52,854 nucleotides of DNA from Candidatus Liptonbacteria bacterium (GCA_023244935.1 JAHFLJ010000002.1:1-52854); one strand, 5' to 3'; numbered from the stretch's first letter, positions 1 through 7,583 are shown. The notes: generated by a model not told the origin, from the letters alone. Numbers and translations: made by a program.

Positions 1-1
1 G

Positions 2-184
2 AAGATGGTTGCCGAGAATAGAAATTTGGAATTGGCCAAGGTAGAGAAATTGGCGGACGGATCTAGTATGCCGGGCGAAATGGCGCTTCAGAATGGCCTC
101 ATAGACGAGATTGGGAGTTACAAGCAGGTCAGTGACTATCTAAGAGAGAAAATCGGTGCAGAGCCGGCTTATTGCTGGCAGTAA
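2..184 (+). CDS. 3' fragment of an SppA-like (S49) signal-peptide peptidase gene; the 5' end lies outside the window
   Basis: The frame is open from the window edge to TAA 182-184. The translation ...KLADGSSMPGEMALQNGLIDEIGSYKQVSDYL... resembles the conserved GL(I/V)DE(I/L)G tail of S49 peptidases. It is absent from the ORF track because it has no start codon. Confidence 0.45.
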   Translation, partial: KMVAENRNLELAKVEKLADGSSMPGEMALQNGLIDEIGSYKQVSDYLREKIGAEPAYCWQ

Positions 185-202
185 AGCTTGTATAATAACT
201 TT

Positions 203-349
203 ATGGATGAAATATATGACTTAGGAAATGGCGGTGCTGGCCGGATTAACAAATTGATCTGGGTGGTTGTATTTGCTTATTTATTCCTCATGGTTCGCCT
301 TGTGGAGCTGATGGGCGTTATTCCTACTGATACTTATATTGCTTATTAA
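203..349 (+). CDS. 48-aa small membrane protein, paralogue of 5292..5438
   Basis: ATG at 203, TAA at 347-349. Translation: MDEIYDLGNGGAGRINKLIWVVVFAYLFLMVRLVELMGVIPTDTYIAY, with one hydrophobic helix. It has the same length, near-identical first 17 nt and the same LIW.V..AYL.L..RL..LM..IPTD.Y..Y skeleton as the ORF at 5292..5438. It is below the ORF-track size cutoff. Confidence 0.5.
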   Translation: MDEIYDLGNGGAGRINKLIWVVVFAYLFLMVRLVELMGVIPTDTYIAY

Positions 350-360
350 AATATAGTTAA

Positions 361-693
361 ATGATTTTAAAAATTAAAAAAGATGAGACGGGTGGAGAGA
401 AGTCTGCGGAAATAACGAAACCCAAGAGAAACTTGATGCAGTTTATTTTTTGGGTTGTGGTTGTTGCTGTTTTGATGGTAGGCGGCGCATTTAAAAATAA
501 AATTGATGATGGATTTAAATGTCCAAATGACTACGGATCTGCTGAGGAGTATCTGAATTCGGTTGCCCAGATGATAAAAACGGAAACTGATAAAAATCCG
601 GAAATTAGTTTTGACGAGTTAATGAATTTAAGGAATGAAGAGTTGGACGCGCATAAATGCGAACCATCCAAGTGGATGGATGACGGTAGTTAG
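361..693 (+). CDS. hypothetical N-terminally membrane-anchored protein (110 aa)
   Basis: ORF-track ORF with an ATG start. It has a hydrophobic segment FIFWVVVVAVLMVGGAF followed by a soluble domain with two Cys. No family was recognised. Confidence 0.5.
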   Translation: MILKIKKDETGGEKSAEITKPKRNLMQFIFWVVVVAVLMVGGAFKNKIDDGFKCPNDYGSAEEYLNSVAQMIKTETDKNPEISFDELMNLRNEELDAHKCEPSKWMDDGS

Positions 694-717
694 GTGTAAA
701 TACTTGCGTGTTGTTAT

Positions 718-790
718 AAAAAAATCGCACAGGGGTGCGATTTTGAGTTATTAAAACAGGGCAAGGGATCTTCGGAGAGTTTTGCGCTTA
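718..790. repeat. junction repeat copy A: terminator hairpin plus a degenerate relic of the 3' end of gene 6213..6977
   Basis: The hairpin aaaatcgcac-aggg-gtgcgatttt (721..744) is identical to those at 2107..2130 and 5164..5187. The downstream reverse complement still reads RKTLRRSLALF-stop, compared with the live gene end AELYLQRAFSLF-stop. Confidence 0.7.
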
Positions 791-827
791 GGACCTTGGA
801 AGGTTATTATGTTGGTAATTAAACCAC

Positions 828-2084
828 ATGAAGATAAAAGAAACTGTACGGCGGGATGGGTTGAGGATTATTAGCTGCAATATACCTACGCAGACTAGGG
901 TTTCGGTTGAAATTTCAGCCTTGGTTGGTTCGGCTTACGATCCGTCACATAAACAGGGCCTATTCCATTATTTTGAACATATGGCTTTTAAAGGCACTAA
1001 AAAGCGAACCGTGAAAGAGATTAGCGATTTTGCCAATAGAAATCTTTTAAATTTCAATGCAAGCACCTCTCGTTTGCGTACAGAATATTACGGAGTTGCG
1101 GTTTATAAAAAATTAACTGAGGCATGTGATGTTATTTCTGATATTTATGTGAATTCGAATTTTCCTACCAAAGAAATTAAAAAAGAAAAAGGTCCAGTTT
1201 TATTGGAAGCTGCGCGAAATAAAGATGGTGACAGTTACTTGTCAGATTTAACTTTGCGCGAGCTGCTTTATGCTAAAAATCCGCTTAGACAATTCAGCAC
1301 CGGAACAGAGGAAGGGATTAAAAGTATTACCAGAAATGATCTTGTCAGGGAAAAAGACAAGTGGTACGTTCCATCGAATACTATTGCGCTTGCCGTAGGG
1401 AGAGTTTCACATTCTGCATTCGTTCGGGAGATTGAAAAACGCGTTCCAATCAACGCTTCCGTTGTAAATCATCCTATTTGGGATAGTGAGTTGAACTTGT
1501 TTCCGGGAGAAGTGCGCAAAGTAATTGAGCGCAAAGACAGGAATCAGTCTACTGTTGTTATGGGTTGCAAGGTTCCTGAAAAGGTCAGCGACCGAATGGA
1601 TGTGGTTGAGGACTTTTTGTTAAGTCTATTAGTGTCAGGCTGGAGCTCTCGTCTTCGTCATGAGGTTCGAGAGAAAAGAGGATTAGCATATTCTGCAAGA
1701 GGAGGAATAACCAGAATGTATGGTTTGGGCGCGTATTTTAGTTCGTTTGTACAAACCAAGCCCGGAAAAGAAAAAATTGTGGAATCTTTGATGCGTAAGG
1801 CAATATTTACCCCGATTACAATCAAGGACAAAAAGATATTCGAAGATACGCGCGAAACTATGAATGATCATATAACCGCAGGGTTTGGAGAAAATTTGGA
1901 CAGATGGGGAGATTTGATATACGAAAAAATTGTAAAAGGCGAGTCGCTGTCCGGGATTGAAAGATATTTCAAAGAGCAACGCGCCATTGTTAATTCTTTG
2001 TCATTAAAAGAGGCCGAGAAAATGAGGAAGGAGCTGTTTAGGCCGGAAAGATTCGCGACGGTTATAATCAAACCGAAAAAATAA
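828..2084 (+). CDS. M16 (pitrilysin/insulinase) family zinc peptidase
   Basis: 418 aa. It has the inverted zinc motif HxxEH in GLFHYFEHMAFKGTKKRT and the typical two-domain M16 length. Confidence 0.85.
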   Translation: MKIKETVRRDGLRIISCNIPTQTRVSVEISALVGSAYDPSHKQGLFHYFEHMAFKGTKKRTVKEISDFANRNLLNFNASTSRLRTEYYGVAVYKKLTEACDVISDIYVNSNFPTKEIKKEKGPVLLEAARNKDGDSYLSDLTLRELLYAKNPLRQFSTGTEEGIKSITRNDLVREKDKWYVPSNTIALAVGRVSHSAFVREIEKRVPINASVVNHPIWDSELNLFPGEVRKVIERKDRNQSTVVMGCKVPEKVSDRMDVVEDFLLSLLVSGWSSRLRHEVREKRGLAYSARGGITRMYGLGAYFSSFVQTKPGKEKIVESLMRKAIFTPITIKDKKIFEDTRETMNDHITAGFGENLDRWGDLIYEKIVKGESLSGIERYFKEQRAIVNSLSLKEAEKMRKELFRPERFATVIIKPKK

Positions 2085-2101
2085 TAAGGAATAAAGGATG
2101 T

Positions 2102-2185
2102 AAAAAAAAATCGCACAGGGGTGCGATTTTTGGATTTACGGAATAACTAGAACAGGGCAAGGGCTCTTTGGAGGTACAGTTCGGC
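2102..2185. repeat. junction repeat copy B: terminator hairpin plus a relic of the 3' end of gene 6213..6977
   Basis: A-run, hairpin aaaatcgcac-aggg-gtgcgatttt (2107..2130) and T-run. The reverse complement of 2145..2185 reads AELYLQRALALF-stop. Confidence 0.75.
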
Positions 2186-2264
2186 AAGTAATTTTAGCTT
2201 GACATAATTTCGGTAATGTCCTACCTTGAGGTTAGTATAAATCTGACATGGGGGCTAGAAGACC

Positions 2265-2516
2265 ATGCCAGAAACAAAATCTCTTCTAGCAGACTGTGAG
2301 GAAAAGGCCATGGATGGAAACATCAGAAGCTGTCTCAGTGTCACCAGCCCCAACGCTGCTCCTGTCCCCGTAGTCATCAAAGCTGCGCTCTCTCGATTCA
2401 AGCGCGCCAAGATGCTCTGCGATTACAACGACGGCGGCAAGTACGGTGACGGTTACAGCGACGCAAAGTACGGCGACTACAGCGACCACGAAAAATACGG
2501 CGACTCCGGGGATTGA
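2265..2516 (+). CDS. candidate RiPP precursor peptide (83 aa) with a six-fold Tyr-x-Asp C-terminal region
   Basis: ATG 2265, TGA 2514-2516. The C-terminal 30 aa read CDYNDGGKYGDGYSDAKYGDYSDHEKYGDSGD (YND, YGD, YSD, YGD, YSD, YGD; KYGD occurs three times). The ORF is visibly GC-richer than its flanks and sits immediately upstream of a radical SAM/SPASM gene. The start codon is uncertain (Met16 and Met50 are alternatives). Confidence 0.55.
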   Translation: MPETKSLLADCEEKAMDGNIRSCLSVTSPNAAPVPVVIKAALSRFKRAKMLCDYNDGGKYGDGYSDAKYGDYSDHEKYGDSGD

Positions 2517-2522
2517 AACCGT

Positions 2523-2558
2523 GGGGCAACTACAACTAAGCTAGTTGCCCCATTTTTA
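2523..2558 (+). terminator. intrinsic terminator/attenuator between the precursor ORF and the rSAM gene
   Basis: 9-bp stem ggggcaact / agttgcccc with an 11-nt loop, followed by atttttaaa. Confidence 0.6.
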
Positions 2559-2584
2559 AATCCCAAAAGAAAGTAGGTGAGAAA

Positions 2585-3697
2585 GTGAAACCGATTACAC
2601 TTATTGTAAAGCCCGTTTCGACTGGCTGTAATTTGGCCTGCGACTATTGCTATCACGGTGAAGCTAAGAAACGTTTACAGATTCGGCGAATGGGAGACGA
2701 ACTGCTAGAAAAACTGATTTCGGAATTTAGCTTACTCGACCAGCCTAGGAGTAAGTTCCTCTGGCACGGTGGTGAACCGACGCTTGCTGGACAAGATTTT
2801 TTTGGAAAAGCCGTGTCATTGCAGAAGGATTATTTTACTGACGAAAGAGTTGCCATGAATTCAATTCAAACTAATGGCACCACAATCAACGAATCTTGGA
2901 TCAGTTTTTTCAAGATGAACAAGTTTGGCGTCGGTATTAGTTTGGATGGACCAAAAGACGTCCACGACCGACATCGCAGAGATTTCTCCGGCAACGGAAC
3001 ATTTGGAAGAGTAATATCCCGTATTTCTATGATGGCTGCTTCTGGTCTTCACGCAGGAGTTGTTTGCACGGTCACAAAGCCAGTAGTAAACGACGCTAGG
3101 CGGTTACTCCAATTTTTCGTAGAGAATGGCATGACTAAGCTTAACTTCTCTCCGGCCGCAGATCTCTGTGCGGGAGGGATGTTGGCTAAGTATTCTCTTT
3201 CTCCTGAAGAGTGGGGTTATTTTCTCCATGAGCTGTTTGACGCCTGGGTTGAGTTGGGCAATAAGGATGTTGAAATCCAACTCTTCGAAAATTTACTTCA
3301 GGTTGCATTCGGCGGAGAGGCTAAGCTCTGTACTATAAATAGGAACTGCGGCGAATTCATTTCAGTGGACGCCGATGGATTGGTTTACGTTTGTGGCAGA
3401 TTTCTTGGTAATAAGGATTTTTTGGCTGGAGATTTGAAAGATACATCACTCCAGGAAATTCTCAAGAGTTCACGCTGTGAAAAAATTGTTTCTGCGATGA
3501 CCTACCTGCCGCAGAGATGCGAAGATTGCGAAGCGCAGAAATTTTGCAATGGCGGGTGCGCATACTATCGCTTTTTGGACGGAAAACAGCGGAACGATCC
3601 GTATTTCTGTGAGTCCATGAAGGCGGCGACAATTCATATAAAGGAGTTCCTTCTTGGTTGTGGAGCCCAAGATTCAACAATCTGGGCGAAGCCATAG
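2585..3697 (+). CDS. radical SAM/SPASM-domain enzyme, anaerobic-sulfatase-maturase-like
   Basis: GTG start preceded by aggtga. CX3CX2C is present in TGCNLACDYCYHG at the extreme N-terminus, so there is no N-terminal RRE domain. GGEPTLAG, QTNGT and ISLDGPKDVHDRHRR are anSME-like. The SPASM motifs are complete: C-x9-G-x4-C (CGEFISVDADGLVYVC) and CX2CX5CX3C (CEDCEAQKFCNGGC). Confidence 0.9.
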   Translation: MKPITLIVKPVSTGCNLACDYCYHGEAKKRLQIRRMGDELLEKLISEFSLLDQPRSKFLWHGGEPTLAGQDFFGKAVSLQKDYFTDERVAMNSIQTNGTTINESWISFFKMNKFGVGISLDGPKDVHDRHRRDFSGNGTFGRVISRISMMAASGLHAGVVCTVTKPVVNDARRLLQFFVENGMTKLNFSPAADLCAGGMLAKYSLSPEEWGYFLHELFDAWVELGNKDVEIQLFENLLQVAFGGEAKLCTINRNCGEFISVDADGLVYVCGRFLGNKDFLAGDLKDTSLQEILKSSRCEKIVSAMTYLPQRCEDCEAQKFCNGGCAYYRFLDGKQRNDPYFCESMKAATIHIKEFLLGCGAQDSTIWAKP

Positions 3698-3704
3698 TAA
3701 ATAG

Positions 3705-3736
3705 GCGAACTGTCAAAACAGTTCGCTTTTCTTTTT
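3705..3736 (+). terminator. intrinsic terminator after the rSAM gene
   Basis: 9-bp stem gcgaactgt / acagttcgc with a 4-nt loop, followed by ttttcttttt. Confidence 0.7.
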
Positions 3737-3759
3737 AAAATATGCTATTTATTTAAACA

Positions 3760-4278
3760 ATGACTCAAACAGAAGCGACGCCAAAAATTAAGGATATTGT
3801 TTCTAGTTTTAAGACCCAAGGATTGGATGGGGTATTCGAGGCGCTGGAATGGATACATAAAAATCTTAAAAGAGATTTGGATGAAGAATACAAAAGCGAA
3901 CATTTTAGGAAGCGAACTGCAACTGAAATTATAGAAAGCGGAAAGCTTACCGGATGTACAGACTATGCTTTGGTGTTTTTGGCACTGGTTCGAGCAATCG
4001 GAATCGAGGCAAAATACGTAGAGGCCATAGAAACTGATTGGCTGAAAGAAGGCGGAGAACATATAAAAGGACATATTTTTGCGGAAGTAAAAATTGGAGA
4101 TAGCTGGTATATCGTTGACCCTCAAGCCGCAGTCATTAAGGCTTGGTATGGCAGGCGTTATGAGATATATGCGAGAGGCGAGGATTCTTGGGATGTTGGT
4201 ATTAAAAGCTTCGAAGATATAAAGGAAAAATTTAGGATCTACAGAGAAGAATATCTTAGCAATCAAAAAGCCCCCTAG
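3760..4278 (+). CDS. transglutaminase-like cysteine peptidase-fold protein
   Basis: 172 aa. The Cys-His-Asp core signature is present: GKLTGCTDYALVFLALVRAIGIEAKYV (Cys), GHIFAEVKI (His) and WYIVDPQ (Asp). Confidence 0.75.
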   Translation: MTQTEATPKIKDIVSSFKTQGLDGVFEALEWIHKNLKRDLDEEYKSEHFRKRTATEIIESGKLTGCTDYALVFLALVRAIGIEAKYVEAIETDWLKEGGEHIKGHIFAEVKIGDSWYIVDPQAAVIKAWYGRRYEIYARGEDSWDVGIKSFEDIKEKFRIYREEYLSNQKAP

Positions 4279-4349
4279 TGCGATTTTTCGATTGTTATTT
4301 TGAATATAAACTATTAATTATTTCATAATATATTTGTAATAATATTTAT

Positions 4350-5138
4350 ATGGACTATTTACTTTTACTTTCAGACGAAGAATATCAGGATATCTTCGAA
4401 AAAGGACACGACTCACCTTATACCTTTGAGGTTCTTGGTAATGGCAAGGCAATATTTTACTTTGGGGTAGAGCACAGCAGAGATCCTAGAAATCTACAGT
4501 GGAGTAAGCTGGAATCTTACTGGAATAAATTTGTTAGCGAGACAAACGGAAAACGAATTGTATTTTTGGAAGGACCCGGAGGGTTTAAAGTTGATGGACT
4601 CGCGAGGAATGAAATTATCGAAAAATTTGGAGAATCTGGATTGTTGATGTCTTTCGCCGGATTGGAAAATATTTCTTTTATTTGGCCAAACTTGTCGATG
4701 CAGGAGGAGGCTAAACAGTTAGAGAATGGTTTTGATTCTGATTTGGTGAAATATTATATTTTTGCGCGAAGTGTCGGGGCGTGGCTAAAGATTGGGAATA
4801 TGGGTACTTTTGATGAGGTTATTAGTAAAGCAATTGCATCTACCGCAAAGTGTATTTCTGGAGCGTCTTCAGAGTTTAGTTTTTACGATAGAATTCACGA
4901 GCGAATATTTGGGAATAAGATTACTGTTTCCGAACAGGAGAATTTAATGAAAGCTGCGGTGCCGATTTATCATGATTCGGTTATTAATGATATCGCGCGC
5001 GCTTCAAGCCGACTACGCAATGAACACATTGTTTCAGAAGTAGAAAAATATTGGAATGATGGATATAGCGTATTTATGTTGTTCGGATCCGCTCATGCTG
5101 TAATTCAAGAGAAAGCATTAAAAAGCTTAGGTAAGTAA
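4350..5138 (+). CDS. hypothetical protein (262 aa)
   Basis: Long ATG-initiated ORF followed by junction repeat copy C. No family was recognised with confidence. Confidence 0.55.
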   Translation: MDYLLLLSDEEYQDIFEKGHDSPYTFEVLGNGKAIFYFGVEHSRDPRNLQWSKLESYWNKFVSETNGKRIVFLEGPGGFKVDGLARNEIIEKFGESGLLMSFAGLENISFIWPNLSMQEEAKQLENGFDSDLVKYYIFARSVGAWLKIGNMGTFDEVISKAIASTAKCISGASSEFSFYDRIHERIFGNKITVSEQENLMKAAVPIYHDSVINDIARASSRLRNEHIVSEVEKYWNDGYSVFMLFGSAHAVIQEKALKSLGK

Positions 5139-5158
5139 ATTTGATGTCAGCGGAGAAA

Positions 5159-5258
5159 TAAAAAAAATCGCACAGGGGTGCGATTTTTGGATTTTCAGAA
5201 CAATCAGAACAAGGCAAGGGCTCTTTGGAGGTAGAGTTCGGCCATTCGCCAGTTGATT
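5159..5258. repeat. junction repeat copy C: terminator hairpin plus a 17-codon relic of the 3' end of gene 6213..6977
   Basis: Identical hairpin at 5164..5187. The reverse complement of 5205..5258 reads INWRMAELYLQRALALF-stop, compared with the live end IDWRMAELYLQRAFSLF-stop. Confidence 0.8.
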
Positions 5259-5291
5259 GAGAATCTTTGAGAATAGATTAATATTAGGAAT

Positions 5292-5438
5292 ATGGATGAA
5301 ATATGTGAAGAAAAAAGGGGTAGGTTTGATAGAATGGACGCATTAATTTGGATAGTTACATATGCTTATTTACTTCTTATATTTCGTCTTCTTCAGTTGA
5401 TGAGCATTATACCGACCGATAGGTATTTTGTTTATTAA
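5292..5438 (+). CDS. 48-aa small membrane protein, paralogue of 203..349
   Basis: ATG 5292, TAA 5436-5438. Translation: MDEICEEKRGRFDRMDALIWIVTYAYLLLIFRLLQLMSIIPTDRYFVY. It has the same architecture and position (first gene of its cassette) as 203..349. Confidence 0.5.
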   Translation: MDEICEEKRGRFDRMDALIWIVTYAYLLLIFRLLQLMSIIPTDRYFVY

Positions 5439-5483
5439 TAAATTGCAGAAGCAAGCAGTAGCTACTCTAAATAAATAACAATT

Positions 5484-6149
5484 ATGAAAATCGAATTTAT
5501 CGAAGATGTTAGCCGAGATGTAGAAAACTGGCAAAAGTCACTGACAAGTCGCAGTAACTATGTTTCGGATCCATCAAAACGGATACCGGAGGATGTCGAT
5601 AAAGAGAGGCTGGGTGACGCCGAGTATTTAAAACAATATCTATTCGATAATTTTTATCAGACGGGAAAAGTTGCTTCATTTAAGAATTGGTTAATCGCAA
5701 ATACTAATTCCGCGGAGATTCAGGGTGATATTGAGGATTTAATGCAGAGGAAGTTTAAGACTGCAGATATTACAGCATATATAACTGTTTTTGGGCTCGG
5801 GCGTTACGAACCTGCAAACAACGTCTTTTTTGTAATTTTCACACGGCTTGAGGAAAGGTATAAAATAAAAATTTCCAATATTTATCATGAGCTGATGCAT
5901 TTTTTGGTTCACGAATATTTTTGGGAAGAGTGTAAAGCGTCCGGGTTGTCGGAAGCGCAGACTCACGACTTGAAAGAATCTTTGACTGTTCTGTTGAATC
6001 CAATTTTAGAAAAGAGAGGATTGCCCTTGGACGAGGGTTATCCCAAACATCAGGAACTTCGAGCTAAGTTGAAAGCTCTATGGGAAGAGAAGAACTGGAA
6101 GTTTGAGGATTTTTTGAAAAAGGTTTTAGAATTAAAGTTGGTTAGTTAA
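5484..6149 (+). CDS. hypothetical protein with an HExxH zinc-metallopeptidase-like motif
   Basis: 221 aa. It carries a single HELMH in NIYHELMHFLVHEYF. No further family assignment is possible by eye. Confidence 0.5.
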   Translation: MKIEFIEDVSRDVENWQKSLTSRSNYVSDPSKRIPEDVDKERLGDAEYLKQYLFDNFYQTGKVASFKNWLIANTNSAEIQGDIEDLMQRKFKTADITAYITVFGLGRYEPANNVFFVIFTRLEERYKIKISNIYHELMHFLVHEYFWEECKASGLSEAQTHDLKESLTVLLNPILEKRGLPLDEGYPKHQELRAKLKALWEEKNWKFEDFLKKVLELKLVS

Positions 6150-6172
6150 ATTACGGTTGGAGTTCCGGATTT

Positions 6173-6206
6173 AAAAAAATTGCCCCGCGTGTTGCGGGGC
6201 GATTTT
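6173..6206. terminator. bidirectional intrinsic terminator shared by 5484..6149 (+) and 6213..6977 (-); junction repeat copy D
   Basis: A-run, 7-bp GC stem gccccgc / gcggggc with a 5-nt loop, and T-run. It occupies the same frame (aaaaat...cgattttgga) as copies A-C but has a different stem sequence. Confidence 0.75.
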
Positions 6207-6212
6207 GGATTA

Positions 6213-6977
6213 CTAAAACAAGGAAAAGGCTCTTTGGAGGTAGAGTTCGGCCATTCGCCAGTCGATTGGGTCGAGGGCGTTTCCGCTCGGGCGGAGTTTG
6301 CTTTGGGCGTCGATGCTCAGATTCGGAAATTCCTCGAGGAGTGGCCTCAGAAGGCGAAGCGTGTCCGGTCCCAGTCCACCGGCAACGGCGATTCCAACTT
6401 CCGGAAGATATCTGGCGATTGCTCTCGCAAAGGGGAGTATCGCTTTGGCTTTTAGTTCGAGACCTCTTCCCATGCTCATGTCGAGAAGAACGTAATCGAT
6501 CGCGTCGCCGTATTCAAGAAGTCTTTTTGTGAATGCGACAGGATTATTGCCTACTAAATCCATAGCGTCCGAGTTCCCCTGAACAATAACCTGAATCCAC
6601 GGATAGCGGTTGCGGAATGACGCGATAATTTTCGGGTCGGGCCAAATCATGTCTAGCTGAAGTGCGTGCATGTTCGGACCGCCTAGCGAAGCGGCAAATT
6701 CGATGTTCTCCGCAACCTTAATGCCGTCATAGTCGGCATAGTGCAAGGTATTGAAGGCGAGGGGATGAGAAATAAAAATATCTTTGATGATTTCTTTCGG
6801 CGGGAAAGCAGTAGTCCATTTTGTTGGAATGCCGTTCAGAGTTTTGTAGCTCATCATCACGCCGACCATCAAGCGTCTGCCAATTTCTTGAGATCCGCAT
6901 TCACCGAAGAATTTGAGCATTCGCTCGGCTTGTTCGGGGTTCACGAAGTCGGTGATTCCGATGTAGGGAGTTTTCAC
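6213..6977 (-). CDS. TIM-barrel protein, phosphoribosylanthranilate-isomerase (TrpF)-like fold
   Basis: 254 aa. GTG start with a GGAGGG Shine-Dalgarno sequence. YIGITDF near the N-terminus and GIAVAGGLGPDT...SIDAQSKLR near the C-terminus resemble PRAI-type barrels. The function is not certain. Confidence 0.45.
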   Translation of the reverse strand: MKTPYIGITDFVNPEQAERMLKFFGECGSQEIGRRLMVGVMMSYKTLNGIPTKWTTAFPPKEIIKDIFISHPLAFNTLHYADYDGIKVAENIEFAASLGGPNMHALQLDMIWPDPKIIASFRNRYPWIQVIVQGNSDAMDLVGNNPVAFTKRLLEYGDAIDYVLLDMSMGRGLELKAKAILPFARAIARYLPEVGIAVAGGLGPDTLRLLRPLLEEFPNLSIDAQSKLRPSGNALDPIDWRMAELYLQRAFSLF

Positions 6978-7022
6978 GGTGCCCTCCGTTTTTTAATTTT
7001 CTATGGATAGATTAGCATATTG

Positions 7023-7484
7023 TTACGAAATCACAAATTTGTGCGAATATACGAATGATAAAAAGGACATTTGCTGTAATGGGAGAGTTGTTAGGCGAAT
7101 AGTTTTTTCTTCGTCGGTTATTATTTTTGGTTCGGGATTTTCGCCGGCAGCTTTTTTCTCGGCATGGGCGTTTACTTCATCTCTGAATTTAAGAAATTTT
7201 TCCCCGCCGGAATATATCCAGAAACTGCCATGACCATCCATTAATGATAGGCGAGTGCTTGGGTCGGTATTTCTATCAGAATAGAATTCGTTTAATAGGG
7301 ACTCCACTTCGGCTTTAATTTTTTGTGGAGCGTGAATTGAGACCCAGGGACCGGGGAAGCCGTGGTCGACACGGCCTTCGCAGGAACCGGAAGTGGGGAT
7401 TTCGAGACGATTTAATTCGGAAACTAGAGGCTTAATTTTTTCGTCTATTCCACCCCATTCATCTTTTATGTTGAGGTCTGTCAT
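7023..7484 (-). CDS. hypothetical protein (153 aa)
   Basis: ATG-initiated ORF co-directional with 6213..6977 and 45 nt upstream of it. No family was recognised. Confidence 0.5.
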   Translation of the reverse strand: MTDLNIKDEWGGIDEKIKPLVSELNRLEIPTSGSCEGRVDHGFPGPWVSIHAPQKIKAEVESLLNEFYSDRNTDPSTRLSLMDGHGSFWIYSGGEKFLKFRDEVNAHAEKKAAGENPEPKIITDEEKTIRLTTLPLQQMSFLSFVYSHKFVIS

Positions 7485-7511
7485 TTAGGTATTCTAACAC
7501 AGCGAATGCAG

Positions 7512-7583
7512 TGCTCCCACCCTCCTTCGCGCGAGGCTTCGGATGGGCAGGCAAGAATATCGGACCTTGATCAATTTCCGCCA
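7512..7583 (-). pseudogene. 3'-half remnant of a tRNA-Lys-like gene interrupted by a 32-nt REP-like insert
   Basis: The reverse complement reads GGAAATTGATCAAGGTCCGATATTCTTG-[32 nt]-TGGGAGCA. Its 18 nt AATTGATCAAGGTCCGAT and the acceptor 3' strand TGGGAGCA are identical to the intact tRNA at 7646..7716. The insert at 7520..7551 resembles the REP unit at 7963..7990. Confidence 0.6.

Noticed and set aside
2199-2241. Sigma-70-type promoter for the precursor ORF (ttgaca at 2199..2204, tataaa at 2236..2241)
   Set aside because: The two hexamers are 31 nt apart, far from the 16-18 nt optimum. The alternative -10 (tacctt), 17 nt after ttgaca, is weak. The evidence is too weak to annotate.
718-6206. 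Reading the repeated hairpins as integron attC sites
   Set aside because: The stems are only 10 bp with a 4-nt loop and flanking A/T runs, which is a terminator geometry. No R'/R''-type core sites or extrahelical bases are evident, and no intI-like integrase or attI is present. The coding-relic explanation fits better, so the integron idea is kept only as a remote alternative.
6180-6532. Three overlapping plus-strand ORFs (6180..6455, 6266..6532, 6298..6495) in a GC-richer stretch
   Set aside because: They lie antisense within the well-supported TIM-barrel gene 6213..6977, which has a GTG start with a GGAGGG Shine-Dalgarno sequence. Arg/Ser/Gly-rich translations are typical of antisense frames in GC-richer DNA.
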